Shown: positions 1 through 11,137 of the stretch, piece by piece
Layout: every line of letters begins with the position of its first letter
How positions within the stretch are numbered: position 1 is the first letter of the stretch
Program-made: the position numbers and the translations under genes
Notes under the pieces: model-generated
The model's input: the letters and a program-made list of their open reading frames with translations, nothing else
Told to the model about the DNA's origin: nothing
Database searches by the model: none
DNA from: a virus
Taxonomy: Duplodnaviria > Caudoviricetes
Reading direction: 5' to 3' (one strand)
IMG/VR virus record: IMGVR_UViG_3300008740_000012
Coordinates: 1 to 52,667 of that record
Length of the DNA stretch: 52,667 nucleotides

Positions 1-3000
1 ACATCGTCAGATGATCCAGTAGGAACATTATCATCTGGAGCGCGATTTAACCCACAATCTGTTTACAGAGCAAATAATCAGGGTCAACGGTCGCACCCAT
101 CGGTGGCGGATTCTGGTGAAGTTGATGCGTATCTATATTTTCCTACATTTGATAATGGTTTATATTCCGGTCCAGAGTGGTTGCATTATATAAAACCGTC
201 AAATGAAATAGAAAATGTGGACGAAACAGTTCCGGGGTCTACCTCACGAAAAGATAATATATTTGGTGTTAAATTTTATGATATGCCAAGACCTTCCACA
301 AATAATCATATGGAATGTATCGGGCCAGCAACTGCATTGTTTGGTAATCCAGAATTTGATCCTAATTTTCTTTCGATTGCCACCAATGAAGATGAAAGTC
401 AAATTGCACTTCAATCTCCAGGGCTGTGGCAGGGAGATGCAAATAGTGTGCATTGGTTTGGTGATGACAGTTCTTCGGGTGGTGCCTTTGCAGTAGGAAG
501 AATGAAACCCGGAGTGCTCGGTGTTCGGCGAGGTCATATTATTACAACAGATAATATACCGACCGAAGGCTGGGACCAGAAGCAGGGAAGAAATTCGACA
601 ATGCCTATCACAATTAATGCAACAGCATTTACCGAAGATGGTGCCATTGGAGTAGAGAAATATCAAAGTCTTTCTGAAGCACTTGACTGGTCTGCCCGAG
701 ATTACATGGATGGAAAGCTCGGATACTTTGCAAACTTTACTGGAACTGATGCCGGAAATTGTTTGCCGACTTTTGATTGGGCAAACAAGTTTGGTGATTG
801 GAATGTTCCTCAGTTCAATAATTTTTATCAGTATGACAAAACTATTGGAATTGGTTCATATACAACATTCAAGGATGCTATTGGGACTTCATGGACTGCC
901 GATAATACCAAATTCCTTGATGATTCCATGTGGCTGGGATTTGCAAACAATCGTCATGAATACAAAGGTGATATTTGGCATCCACAATCTCCAACAAAAA
1001 CATATGATGAGCTTTCTGGTATGTTTGGATATGGTGGAACAATCAAAAACCAGGGCGATTGGGCACATTTTGCTGGATTTGGATTAAATTATGGTGCAGA
1101 ATACGGCAACAATAGTCGCGGACCCTGGCAATGGGCAGATTGGCCACAGGATGGTTATTTAGGTATTCAGGCAGTATCTCGTTATGATACATATCCTTCT
1201 GGATATACTCTTGAAAATCAAAAAGAACTTGGTTTTCGGGGTCCGTTTTATAAAACACTTAGTTTTAAAAATCGTCATGGATATCGACCCTATTGTGGTG
1301 CAGCACAATTTGAAGATGTATATGTAGATATGTTTAGATATTATCAAAGGTTTGATGATGATTCAGACGATAAAAAACGATTGAATTTTCAAATATTTCA
1401 ACCATATAGAGAAAGTGATTGGACAACCTGGGCTGTTCATTCATTTCAAAATAATTGGAATGAGGGACCAGAAGGCACTGTTCGATTAAAAGAATTTGAT
1501 GGCAATCCATTAAAAGAAGCTCTTTCTGACGATTTAAAAAAGCATATAGATGAAACTAGTGCTCCGGGCCCAGATGCTTCTGACATATCAAAAGGAAATG
1601 TGGGCAGTACACACTTTGGCGAGGGCCCTAACAATACTTGGCGGCCGCGAATGCCATATACTGATATCCATACAATTATTTCAGCAGATTATGCACATAC
1701 AGATAGTGGATTTGCTGGCCCAGGCACACATGTCAATTATGGGTGTCCACATGATTATGGAAGAATGGGTGCCTTTGGCGCATCAATTAATTTTAGTGCT
1801 ACTAATCTTTCGAGCGTTGAAAATTTAATTTCTAATATAACTCCTCCGAATTTATTTTGGCATGACAGACACCTTCATGAATATCCAAATATTCATTACC
1901 CAGATTGGAGTATGGACAATTATCCCACTTGGGAACAGACTCTTGGTATAGAAAATTGGCAAGAATCGTTATATGCACACACAAGACGTTTTTCAACATT
2001 TGATTCTCATTTGTATATTGACCCAAATACTTGGGAATGGTATAAAAATCGCCCACATTATAAAGAATACGCAGATTATCGTTGGTCTACTCCTTGGAAT
2101 GATTATATGCAACCAGTATATAATGTTTTAGATAGAGAAGCAAAAGACAAAAATAAATGGTCTTCACATCTAGGATTTATGAATGTAAATATGCAATCAG
2201 ATTCTTATGGGTCGTGGTATTCAGACGACCATTTGCCCGCGATTATCTCGCCGCCTCCCGGTGCTACGCTTTCGGGTTCCAGCCAGACCTTCACTTGGGA
2301 GGCTGGTGCCACCGACGAAGACCCCAGACCCATTGTTCAGTGGCTTCTCGTGGCGTTCGGTTTAAATGGAGAATACTATGGCTCTGGGTCAACTGCCTCC
2401 TTCCCAGGCACGACAACCACGGGGACTCTTGAAAGCTTGCCCACGGACGGCAGCGTGGTTGTTGTGAGAATCACTTCCCAGAGGGAAGGGCCCTTGCACG
2501 GAATCAACAACACGTCAGATTTGGAGAACGTACCTCAAAAGTTTTATTACACTGCTCACGACGACGCCCCGGCCGCTACAACAACATATGATGGAAATCC
2601 AAATCGTCATACATTTACTTCGCCTGGAGGTAATTTAAAATACGGAAATAAACTTACCAAAGGAACAGCAGGAGATGATTCATTTTGGAACTCACAAAAC
2701 GTTGAGAAAAGAGTACACCCTTGGAATACTGATGCCACACCATCTCATTTAATGGGTCCGGGGGCATGGACGGAACCACAGACAGGACATTTTGGTCATA
2801 AGGATTCGTTTGTTGTTTCTCGGTGGTATACCTATCCGGGTGCAACATTTTCTTATGATATTTCAAATTTTTCCGGTCCTGCACATTATAATGCATGGTA
2901 CAAAAATGACCAAACAGAAGAAGTTCAAGACTATAAAAGACGAGACTATCCACAGCTATATGAAGGTGGTTGGGGAAACTATGGATACTTTCCGACACAA

Positions 3001-6000
3001 GAACAATTAGACCAGGGAAAGGGTGCAACGCGATTATTTCCTTTTTATGGTTATGAGATAGGTCCGTCAGAAAATCCTGCTCCTAACATATATAATGGAA
3101 TTTTTTTGGATGATAAAAATTATTCTATGAGACATGGAAGAGGGCCGCTCTATGGCAGTAACCATAATTCTTTTAACCCTCTAGGGGCCGCAGCGACTAC
3201 CCGTTTGAATCCACAGAACCAGCCGGCCGGCGCGACCGGGGGAAGTTATGGTTCATATGGAACAGACCCTATGACTCAACCCAACTGGTGGAATGGCGGC
3301 TTCCCCGGCTCCCCGAGCGGCGCATTCTACGGGAGCATATCAACTTCACCACTCTCGGGGACAGAGGGTCAAGAATTTTCAACACTACTTCAGGGCCCTG
3401 ATGTTATTTTTACAAAAACCGCACTTCTTGCAAATAAAGATACAATTGCGGGAAAAACCACTGCCCATCCGTGGAGTAATTTCTCCGGTTGGAGAGACGC
3501 CCAAAGTCGTCCATTTGCAGGCTTTGATATTAACCCCAGAGTATATTTTCTTCCAAATAAAAATCATCTTGGAAAAGCGGTATCAAGAAATTTTGGTATT
3601 CCAAATGAAATTGCTGGTGATTATTATACTGCATCAAAGTGTCACAATGAAAGAGGGCCTCATCCCCATGCACCAACTAGGCTCACAGCATCCGACCCAT
3701 TTTTGTCACAATATAAAAACGATGTAGAGTTTAATGGAGAAGATGCACTTTTTTATGGAGATGCTACTGCCGAAGCACCACATACAAAAAATTGGCTTTT
3801 TCACTTATTACATTCCATTGACCCAATCACATACCCCCAGGAAGTTAGGTATTTAGAAGAATATTATCATCCGACATTAAATCCGGCCCCGGTAATTATT
3901 GCACTTGACCGCCCTCAGCCGAGTGCTTTTTACGCGCCCGAAGCCGATGGAACTCCAACGTTTGATCCCTCCCAGGATACAATAGATACAAAATCCTGGC
4001 CAGGCTGGTACTACGGTCTTGACTCTCAGACATCAAGTGAGGGAGGCCCGGGCGGCGAGCGCGCAGGACATAAAGCAAGACACATTTATCCTGATTATAA
4101 ATTAAATGATTATTTGTTAAAACATGGAATTGACGTAGCCCAATTAGATGTAGGAGAGGCAATTCCAATCCAAGAAGATCCTTATTTTGCAGGAATGGCA
4201 TTTGAAGGAATAAATTCAACCACAGGCGCATTTAATGCTCATCGGTTTGAATTTATAATCAAAAAAACAAAAAGTCATATTAATCATTTCAGACAGAGCT
4301 ATGAATACAATTTGCCAGGAAAATCTCCACACAGAGCAGATACATTAAGACCCATTGGGTATGGATTGGTCACAAATCATTATGGGTTTGATTCTTTTAG
4401 CAGCCCACCCCCGGCAGCACATTCATATTTTGATGGAAGACAACTTGGTGGTGGAATGAGTATTTTAAAAAATAATTATTATCATGTGCTTGATGATGCT
4501 GAATGGGGAGGAACTGATTTTACTATTGGTCATAGTCATAACCTCGGCGAGACTAGATCGTCTGTAAGTAGCGGCTCCTCATCATATCTGAGTCTATTTG
4601 GAAGGGAGAGAATTACTTTCCCACGATATTCATTTATTCGTTATAATGACGGCTCATTAACTGACGATGTTGTGGATATGCAAACGAAATCAGGAACATC
4701 GTTTCAGGGTACTCATCCTTCTGTTGGAAATTCATATTTTAATCTTGCGCTCAATGATGATGAAGCACCTGCCCTTCATGCGGCAAATTATGATAGAGAT
4801 TTATATCCAGATTATGGTCATAATATATTTTATCGCGGAGGTACATATTCATCTCCCACTCGTCGTTGGGATGTTCTTTCTGGTTCATCATTTACTTTGA
4901 CCGGGTTGTCAACATCAATATCAAGACACGGAAGAGATGTTGTTACGGAAGGAATTATTGGTGCAGTAGAAGTTGCCAATGCATTTTTTACAGATTATAA
5001 TGCAACATTCATTAATACACACAGTTTTTATACTCTTGGCGAAACTGAAGAAAACGTATTTCCAGACCCTCCCTCTGGCGAGACTGCGGGTCAAACAAAC
5101 ATTTATGGACCCAATCGCGATGGGCGCGGACCAGCAAATAATTGGCTTTTGGATTATAATATTGTTGATAATTTGACTCCAACAAAAAATTATTATGGGC
5201 TTGGTGGAAAAACATTGAAGTATCGCCCTGCAAAATCTCAGGGTGCCACACCAGAAACTCAAATGTATGGTGCATACCTTGGAACCCCTTGGAACAGATG
5301 GTCAGATACCAGACCATTTTTTACAGGGTTTTCTTCCATCTATACTTCCACAGGAAACTATTGGGAACATGATGTTCTTCCTGGGATGTGCAAGGCAGAC
5401 AATGCGCTGACAAATTGGGGAACGGTTGACCTTTCAAAGTTTAATGAACATCATATTGGTTATAGGTGGCATAATGATGCATGGTATGAATCTGATGGAG
5501 GACCGGGAGAAATTAGAAGATCCATTATTTGGTCGCCGAGTGGTGCCAACACCATGTTCAATGAACATACCTGGGGAAAGAAAGGTTATGGCAAAGACCC
5601 ACTTGGGTTTATGGAACCCGACACCATGCAAAGTGCAATTGACATATGGGCAGAATATCATGGATTTCCTGAAGATAGACACAGAGTAAATCGCGATTAT
5701 AATCGGCACCATGACAACTATGTGACAGGAAGTCCCTCACCCTCTGCTGACCAACCAGTTCCTTTGGTTCGTGTTAATTCTGACGGTATTCCTCAAGCAT
5801 CCTTGACTTCAATTAATTCAGGTGATACTCTTGCCATAGCCAACAATGCTCTTGGAGCAGTTCGAGGTTATCGACATTGGTTAAAAGAAGAACAAGACGG
5901 ATTGCATGGAAATCCTGCTTTGGATACGAGTATATATGATGGTGGATTATACACCAATGGTGTATTTCAATGCACAAATTCAAGACAAGACAAATATCGT

Positions 6001-6612
6001 TTGACTTCTGGTCAAAAGGGTGGATGTTATGATGGATTCCGGCTTCATGAAAGACCAGAATTTCAACCTGTTTCTGGAGATGGAAGATATTTTGGTGGTG
6101 TTGGTGGAGTAGACAATTGGGGAGGAACTTCATATAATACCTGGGGCCCAGGAATGTGTGTTACACCAACCATCAAAGAATTAAAGTGGTCGAGCATTCA
6201 ACATCCGTTTGGGATTGTTCCTGATGAAAATGTTGATTCAAATACATTCTACGGTTCAACATCAATTGAAAATCAAACTTCCTATATTGGTGGCGCACCA
6301 AATATGAGAGTATTGCTCAAGGATGATGGAACTAATTATAACGATGGAATTGGTAATAAATCGGCAACTCCAAAAAATTATGATTGGGCAATTGGAGGGC
6401 ATCAAATTCAATGTAATTATTGGGACCGCACATTAAAGGTTCCTGTCTTGGAAGGTCATGCCAACAACGGAACATCTGAATGGCACGCAAATACGACCTA
6501 TCATTTTCAATACATGTATGATGAAACAAAAATCAATCCACCCAAATATAGGTATTGGGTATTGAGAATTCCTGCCAGTTTAGAGGGTCATTTCGGAGAA
6601 TTAGGACTGTAA
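1..6612 (+). CDS. Very large virion structural protein (tail fibre/baseplate-associated), 5'-truncated, >2200 aa
   Basis: Frame is open from base 1, so the true start lies upstream of the window. G/N/W/Y/D-rich composition, located upstream of the neck genes, contains an Ig-like insert (~2233-2570). Confidence 0.65.
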   Translation, partial: TSSDDPVGTLSSGARFNPQSVYRANNQGQRSHPSVADSGEVDAYLYFPTFDNGLYSGPEWLHYIKPSNEIENVDETVPGSTSRKDNIFGVKFYDMPRPSTNNHMECIGPATALFGNPEFDPNFLSIATNEDESQIALQSPGLWQGDANSVHWFGDDSSSGGAFAVGRMKPGVLGVRRGHIITTDNIPTEGWDQKQGRNSTMPITINATAFTEDGAIGVEKYQSLSEALDWSARDYMDGKLGYFANFTGTDAGNCLPTFDWANKFGDWNVPQFNNFYQYDKTIGIGSYTTFKDAIGTSWTADNTKFLDDSMWLGFANNRHEYKGDIWHPQSPTKTYDELSGMFGYGGTIKNQGDWAHFAGFGLNYGAEYGNNSRGPWQWADWPQDGYLGIQAVSRYDTYPSGYTLENQKELGFRGPFYKTLSFKNRHGYRPYCGAAQFEDVYVDMFRYYQRFDDDSDDKKRLNFQIFQPYRESDWTTWAVHSFQNNWNEGPEGTVRLKEFDGNPLKEALSDDLKKHIDETSAPGPDASDISKGNVGSTHFGEGPNNTWRPRMPYTDIHTIISADYAHTDSGFAGPGTHVNYGCPHDYGRMGAFGASINFSATNLSSVENLISNITPPNLFWHDRHLHEYPNIHYPDWSMDNYPTWEQTLGIENWQESLYAHTRRFSTFDSHLYIDPNTWEWYKNRPHYKEYADYRWSTPWNDYMQPVYNVLDREAKDKNKWSSHLGFMNVNMQSDSYGSWYSDDHLPAIISPPPGATLSGSSQTFTWEAGATDEDPRPIVQWLLVAFGLNGEYYGSGSTASFPGTTTTGTLESLPTDGSVVVVRITSQREGPLHGINNTSDLENVPQKFYYTAHDDAPAATTTYDGNPNRHTFTSPGGNLKYGNKLTKGTAGDDSFWNSQNVEKRVHPWNTDATPSHLMGPGAWTEPQTGHFGHKDSFVVSRWYTYPGATFSYDISNFSGPAHYNAWYKNDQTEEVQDYKRRDYPQLYEGGWGNYGYFPTQEQLDQGKGATRLFPFYGYEIGPSENPAPNIYNGIFLDDKNYSMRHGRGPLYGSNHNSFNPLGAAATTRLNPQNQPAGATGGSYGSYGTDPMTQPNWWNGGFPGSPSGAFYGSISTSPLSGTEGQEFSTLLQGPDVIFTKTALLANKDTIAGKTTAHPWSNFSGWRDAQSRPFAGFDINPRVYFLPNKNHLGKAVSRNFGIPNEIAGDYYTASKCHNERGPHPHAPTRLTASDPFLSQYKNDVEFNGEDALFYGDATAEAPHTKNWLFHLLHSIDPITYPQEVRYLEEYYHPTLNPAPVIIALDRPQPSAFYAPEADGTPTFDPSQDTIDTKSWPGWYYGLDSQTSSEGGPGGERAGHKARHIYPDYKLNDYLLKHGIDVAQLDVGEAIPIQEDPYFAGMAFEGINSTTGAFNAHRFEFIIKKTKSHINHFRQSYEYNLPGKSPHRADTLRPIGYGLVTNHYGFDSFSSPPPAAHSYFDGRQLGGGMSILKNNYYHVLDDAEWGGTDFTIGHSHNLGETRSSVSSGSSSYLSLFGRERITFPRYSFIRYNDGSLTDDVVDMQTKSGTSFQGTHPSVGNSYFNLALNDDEAPALHAANYDRDLYPDYGHNIFYRGGTYSSPTRRWDVLSGSSFTLTGLSTSISRHGRDVVTEGIIGAVEVANAFFTDYNATFINTHSFYTLGETEENVFPDPPSGETAGQTNIYGPNRDGRGPANNWLLDYNIVDNLTPTKNYYGLGGKTLKYRPAKSQGATPETQMYGAYLGTPWNRWSDTRPFFTGFSSIYTSTGNYWEHDVLPGMCKADNALTNWGTVDLSKFNEHHIGYRWHNDAWYESDGGPGEIRRSIIWSPSGANTMFNEHTWGKKGYGKDPLGFMEPDTMQSAIDIWAEYHGFPEDRHRVNRDYNRHHDNYVTGSPSPSADQPVPLVRVNSDGIPQASLTSINSGDTLAIANNALGAVRGYRHWLKEEQDGLHGNPALDTSIYDGGLYTNGVFQCTNSRQDKYRLTSGQKGGCYDGFRLHERPEFQPVSGDGRYFGGVGGVDNWGGTSYNTWGPGMCVTPTIKELKWSSIQHPFGIVPDENVDSNTFYGSTSIENQTSYIGGAPNMRVLLKDDGTNYNDGIGNKSATPKNYDWAIGGHQIQCNYWDRTLKVPVLEGHANNGTSEWHANTTYHFQYMYDETKINPPKYRYWVLRIPASLEGHFGELGL

Positions 6613-6613
6613 T

Positions 6614-9600
6614 ATGGATCGTGTATTAATAGGAAAAGGAACAACCAATACAACCAGTTCATATTATCATCGTTCTGGAAAACAAGGTCTTTATGTTTCC
6701 AAACCCGGAGCAAATGTAAATAATTGTCCTGATGGTGATTTGATGTTTGATAGCACCACGCCAACTTTTCTACAGATACTCGGGCGTGGAGCAGCCACCG
6801 TACCAAGCCAAACATATAGTTATGGTGTGTTCGGTGAAAAATACAGTAAAGAAAACCCAGGGGAACCATTACTAACCGATGATAATTGGCGGCTTTCTGG
6901 AGAAGGATTGCCCAAAGAAATAAATGCACAAACAAGTTGGTTATTTGATGGATTAAAATCTTTAAGAGATGATATTAAATCACTTATTGAAACTTTTGCA
7001 ATTCCTTATAAAATTAGCCTACCAGAACAGCTTATAGAGGAGCTAGCGGAAGTGCAACCTCCTGTTGGGCCTATTGAATTAGAACCAAATAGTTGGACTA
7101 TAGATAATTTGGCAGGAGAAATAGGAACTCCAGAGCATAGTTTAGAAAATTATGAAGTCACGGGCTGGAACCGAACTATTCCGCTTAAAGATGTGTGGAA
7201 ATATGAAATATCTGATGAAGATCTGCAAAGATACTATGACTATGCATACGGGGTGGGGTGGCACAACCTTCCACAGACCGACCTCGGCAACTCGAAGGGT
7301 GTATATGAGTTTGAATCACTATGGGACGTCTGGTTCAACGCTAGGGCTGCCACCATCAACTGGAATACAGTAGCAGAGCAGTCAAGATTTATAGTTCTCT
7401 TTTTATTTAGTATGTTGCCAAACCTTGACGATGATGATTATATAAGAAAAATGATTGCAAAATATTGGAGAATTATTGATGTGTTTCCTTTTTTTGCCGA
7501 CATTCCATTGGGCGCTGGCCTTAATGTTAAATCGAGTATAGATGAAGTAATAACGAACACCGAAAACAACTTTAATGGATCACAACTTCCAGAAGTGTTC
7601 TACTCAGGGATTAGCACGGAAACCCCGAGTTACTATTTTGACGGAAACAGGTATGTTCTAGTCCCAGATCAGGAAGCAATTGGCACCGATAAAAATGCTC
7701 TTATTTATACTCATGGGGATAGTTTATGGCAAAATGCTTGGTACAATTATATACAAAACAATACTGTTTATAACGCTAGTGGCATTCCTGTTCATTATGC
7801 CACATACCCCGACAAGACTGCATATTCTGGTGAATCTATGGCAATGGATGCCAGTTTTTTGCCAGAAATGCAACATCCAGAAATTTTAAACTTTCCAAGA
7901 CCTTGGCGAGCTTGGACTGATGAAAGAACAGGAAAATTTAGTGTATATGCAGAAAGACAAGCGGCAGCGGAATTTTACCATATGATGTTACTTTTTTCAT
8001 TTTTACAGGATGATGTTGGGAATTTTGTTAATTCTAATCCAGAGGCATGGGAATATAAAAGACAACCTAGCGATTATTTCTTTAATATTGTTTCAACTCG
8101 TCCTGGCTACACCATAGATTCTGGCAATCCGTCGAGTTTCCTTGATTATCATTATAGACCAAAAGCATCTGCCACAACACGCACTTGGAAATCAATAAAT
8201 CCTAAAAATAATTGGGGATATAGTCATTGGTCCGATGGAAAAATTGAAGTATCTTCTGGTATTGCTCCTCCACTATTAAATTCTCCAGTTCAAGTTTGGT
8301 GGAATCCAATTTCAAGAAGATTTGGAAATACAGTAATGAATTTAACATTTCTTGAATCGAAAGCCAATTTAATTAAAGAAGCAACTTCTGAAAAAAGAAT
8401 TAGGTTATTAAAGCCGGAAGTTCCTACTATCTATGCAAACACTTATGTTCAAGATAATGACTTAAAAATTGCATTTGAACATCCATCTTCAAAAGAGGAA
8501 GCCCAAGTATATTTTACCTTTTTTAAAGAAGTTGCATCCGAAGTAATTTTTGCACGTATTGAATTAGACATCACAGATATAAATGATCCAAATAACCCAG
8601 GAAATAATTATGCAGGAAGAAGAAGTATTCCTGAATCAGAAGGTGGTACTGGAGATGGAAGATATTATACTGTAGTTTTTCCTGATGATTTTATTAAGAC
8701 AAGAGGTTCAGAATCAGAAGAAGACCCGTTTCATCTTTATAGAAACGCAGATGGAAAAATTGACAAACGACTTCAGGTTACACTTAATATTCCAGAAGGA
8801 GTCGAATTGAGTGGTAATGGACATAATAATCATATTACTCTTGAACAATTATCTATGGTGTCAGGTCTTCCTGCATTTCAAGGAGCAACAGCATATGGTC
8901 CCAAGGACACTGACGGGAGGGGTTCACAGGAAAAATTTGCAATGGTTGACCCGTGCATAAAAATAAATTTGAATTCGACAGAATGGACAGAAACTGCACT
9001 CAGAGGATTGGAAATTAAAATTGAAAATAATGGAACAATGGTTGGTGCCGGTGGTTGGGGCCAGTATGGTCAAATGGTGGTTCCTGACAAATGGCAATAC
9101 AAAAATCCTGGTGGTGGAGGAGGAGGAGGAGCAGGATATCATCCGACTTTGGAGGAAGAATTTCCTCAAGTGGATTGGATTGGTGCAGCAAACATTCTTA
9201 CTCCTACCTGGGCTGTTCAAACGAGTGCGGATGGCGAGCCGGGCGTTCAATCATCAGAAGAAGTTGATGTCACTCTTGAAGCTTCAAGCACTCATTGGCA
9301 GGGTCCAAACAATTATGTAGAATGGGGAATTGGTCGTGATCCGATTTCAAATACTGCATTTACCTATATGGATCAAATATCATGGGATTCTGTTGGCCCA
9401 GGAAAACCCGGAACTGGATATTTGGGAGCAACGCCACACACAATTATTAATCAACCACCAACTGAATATCCATATTATGATTCATTTGCATCAATACCTT
9501 CGGAAGGGCCCTTTATTGACATATATTCTCGACTTCCGGGCACCTATTGGTATGAAGATATGGATACGTTGGTGGTGCCGGGGGAGGGGGTACAAGCTGG

Positions 9601-10357
9601 AGTAAGTGCCAATGACAGAAGATTTGAATCTGCCGGGTGGGGCAACCCTGGAACAGCAGGAACTACAGAATCTGGTGGTGCAGGAGGGGCAGAAGTGATG
9701 GTTACAACACCAGGGTATTCACAACATCCACACTATAATGCCGGATATGATGTTACTATTTTTGGTGTGGGCGATGGATCAGGTGATGGATATCCATATT
9801 CTGGTAATGGAGGAGCCTGTGTTTATTTGGTTTCTAATGTGAGCTTTTCTGTGTCAGGAACCAAAGTTGAACTCATAAATAAAACTGGCGGAATAATGAA
9901 AACTGGTGGAGGAGGTGGCTCTGGCGGAAATGGAACTGAAGGGTTGGGCGGTGGAGATTTAGGAAAACCCGGAAAGGGATATCCGGGGATGAATACAAAT
10001 GAAGATGCCCTTTCCAATGGATTTCGTGGAGTAGAAGAAGGTGGACAAAAAAGTTGGCATGATTGGACAAGAAGAGGAGAGCCTGGAAAACTCGTATGGT
10101 GGAATACATCAAATTTGACGAGTAGTTATACAGTCACAAATGAATCTACAAACAAATCCTATGCAATTGAAGGTATGGATTATAATTCTGAAATAGGAGA
10201 TTGGGATTATGTTTCATATGCTCCTGATATAAGTAAAAATGGAATAAATTATAAAGGAATGGCAATTTGGTCAAGAAAAACAGGAACTGAATTTGGTCAA
10301 TTGGTTTATACTGCAATAGGCGAAAGAAGTTTTGAAGATTATTTTGACAGTCTATAA
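6614..10357 (+). CDS. Tail-fibre-associated protein with C-terminal gp38-like glycine-rich adhesin domain
   Basis: N-term RVLIG..GLYVSKPGANV..L.FDS motif shared with the ORF at 11138. C-term IKIENNGTMVGAGGWG, PGGGGGGGAG and LINKTGGIMKTGGGGGSGG resemble T-even gp38 polyglycine segments. Confidence 0.65.
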   Translation: MDRVLIGKGTTNTTSSYYHRSGKQGLYVSKPGANVNNCPDGDLMFDSTTPTFLQILGRGAATVPSQTYSYGVFGEKYSKENPGEPLLTDDNWRLSGEGLPKEINAQTSWLFDGLKSLRDDIKSLIETFAIPYKISLPEQLIEELAEVQPPVGPIELEPNSWTIDNLAGEIGTPEHSLENYEVTGWNRTIPLKDVWKYEISDEDLQRYYDYAYGVGWHNLPQTDLGNSKGVYEFESLWDVWFNARAATINWNTVAEQSRFIVLFLFSMLPNLDDDDYIRKMIAKYWRIIDVFPFFADIPLGAGLNVKSSIDEVITNTENNFNGSQLPEVFYSGISTETPSYYFDGNRYVLVPDQEAIGTDKNALIYTHGDSLWQNAWYNYIQNNTVYNASGIPVHYATYPDKTAYSGESMAMDASFLPEMQHPEILNFPRPWRAWTDERTGKFSVYAERQAAAEFYHMMLLFSFLQDDVGNFVNSNPEAWEYKRQPSDYFFNIVSTRPGYTIDSGNPSSFLDYHYRPKASATTRTWKSINPKNNWGYSHWSDGKIEVSSGIAPPLLNSPVQVWWNPISRRFGNTVMNLTFLESKANLIKEATSEKRIRLLKPEVPTIYANTYVQDNDLKIAFEHPSSKEEAQVYFTFFKEVASEVIFARIELDITDINDPNNPGNNYAGRRSIPESEGGTGDGRYYTVVFPDDFIKTRGSESEEDPFHLYRNADGKIDKRLQVTLNIPEGVELSGNGHNNHITLEQLSMVSGLPAFQGATAYGPKDTDGRGSQEKFAMVDPCIKINLNSTEWTETALRGLEIKIENNGTMVGAGGWGQYGQMVVPDKWQYKNPGGGGGGGAGYHPTLEEEFPQVDWIGAANILTPTWAVQTSADGEPGVQSSEEVDVTLEASSTHWQGPNNYVEWGIGRDPISNTAFTYMDQISWDSVGPGKPGTGYLGATPHTIINQPPTEYPYYDSFASIPSEGPFIDIYSRLPGTYWYEDMDTLVVPGEGVQAGVSANDRRFESAGWGNPGTAGTTESGGAGGAEVMVTTPGYSQHPHYNAGYDVTIFGVGDGSGDGYPYSGNGGACVYLVSNVSFSVSGTKVELINKTGGIMKTGGGGGSGGNGTEGLGGGDLGKPGKGYPGMNTNEDALSNGFRGVEEGGQKSWHDWTRRGEPGKLVWWNTSNLTSSYTVTNESTNKSYAIEGMDYNSEIGDWDYVSYAPDISKNGINYKGMAIWSRKTGTEFGQLVYTAIGERSFEDYFDSL

Positions 10358-10377
10358 GGAAAAAACAAAATAGTAAC

Positions 10378-10602
10378 ATGTCGTCAATCAAAACAACCAT
10401 ACATAGAATAAGCCAAAAAGGAAAGTCTGCTATTCTTACCATACAAGATGGAGATATTATTTTGCTTGATAAAAAAAATGTTGGCATTCAATTTAATGAT
10501 GACGGAACAGCAAATACAGAATGGTTAAAATTATATACAAAATATGTTGCCTATCATAAGCGATTGGTAAGAATAGATGAAACCGAAAAGGATTTATTAT
10601 GA
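10378..10602 (+). CDS. Small adhesin-associated hypothetical protein (paralog of 49530..49781)
   Basis: 74 aa. LTIQDGDIILLDKKNVGIQFNDDG aligns with VTIKDNDVTVIDKKNIGLQLDENG. Confidence 0.75.
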   Translation: MSSIKTTIHRISQKGKSAILTIQDGDIILLDKKNVGIQFNDDGTANTEWLKLYTKYVAYHKRLVRIDETEKDLL

Positions 10603-11132
10603 GACAAAATAAGTTTATTGTCACAAAGAATCATTTTTTAATGCTCGCAGGTTCTAATGAAATTGGCGATGAGTTGTGGGCAGGGCATGTTGAATTTAAT
10701 AAGGATGATTTTGAAAACAAACAAATAAATTCAATAGGGTTTATTGTGAGTGGAACTGTAAACTCTTTTATGAATAGTTCTGATGACCTTGCAAACGTAT
10801 CTTGGGAACCATATGCATCGGCATCTGCGCCTTTGATGCTTCCAAGAAAAAGCTTTACAAATTTTGGAATTGTTTCTACTTCTGAAAAATCTATGTTTGG
10901 TTCAATACAAGCCAGAGAAAATATATTTTCTGGACAAAATGTATCTGTTATGTATGGAATATTGAAAGAACAAGAAAAGACAAAAATCAAATCAGAAGAA
11001 CAGGAAACAGTAAATGTTTCTGATAAATGTAAAATATATAGAAAAAGAGATCTAAATAATTTTATGCTTGTTCCAGAAGAACCACTCAACATTCATACAA
11101 TTTTAGATTCTGAAATTGAAATTGAAGGATAA
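10599..11132 (+). CDS. Hypothetical protein (weakly similar to 50245..50724)
   Basis: 177 aa, ATGA overlap with the previous gene, AAGGA RBS. Confidence 0.7.
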   Translation: MRQNKFIVTKNHFLMLAGSNEIGDELWAGHVEFNKDDFENKQINSIGFIVSGTVNSFMNSSDDLANVSWEPYASASAPLMLPRKSFTNFGIVSTSEKSMFGSIQARENIFSGQNVSVMYGILKEQEKTKIKSEEQETVNVSDKCKIYRKRDLNNFMLVPEEPLNIHTILDSEIEIEG

Positions 11133-11137
11133 AGGGT

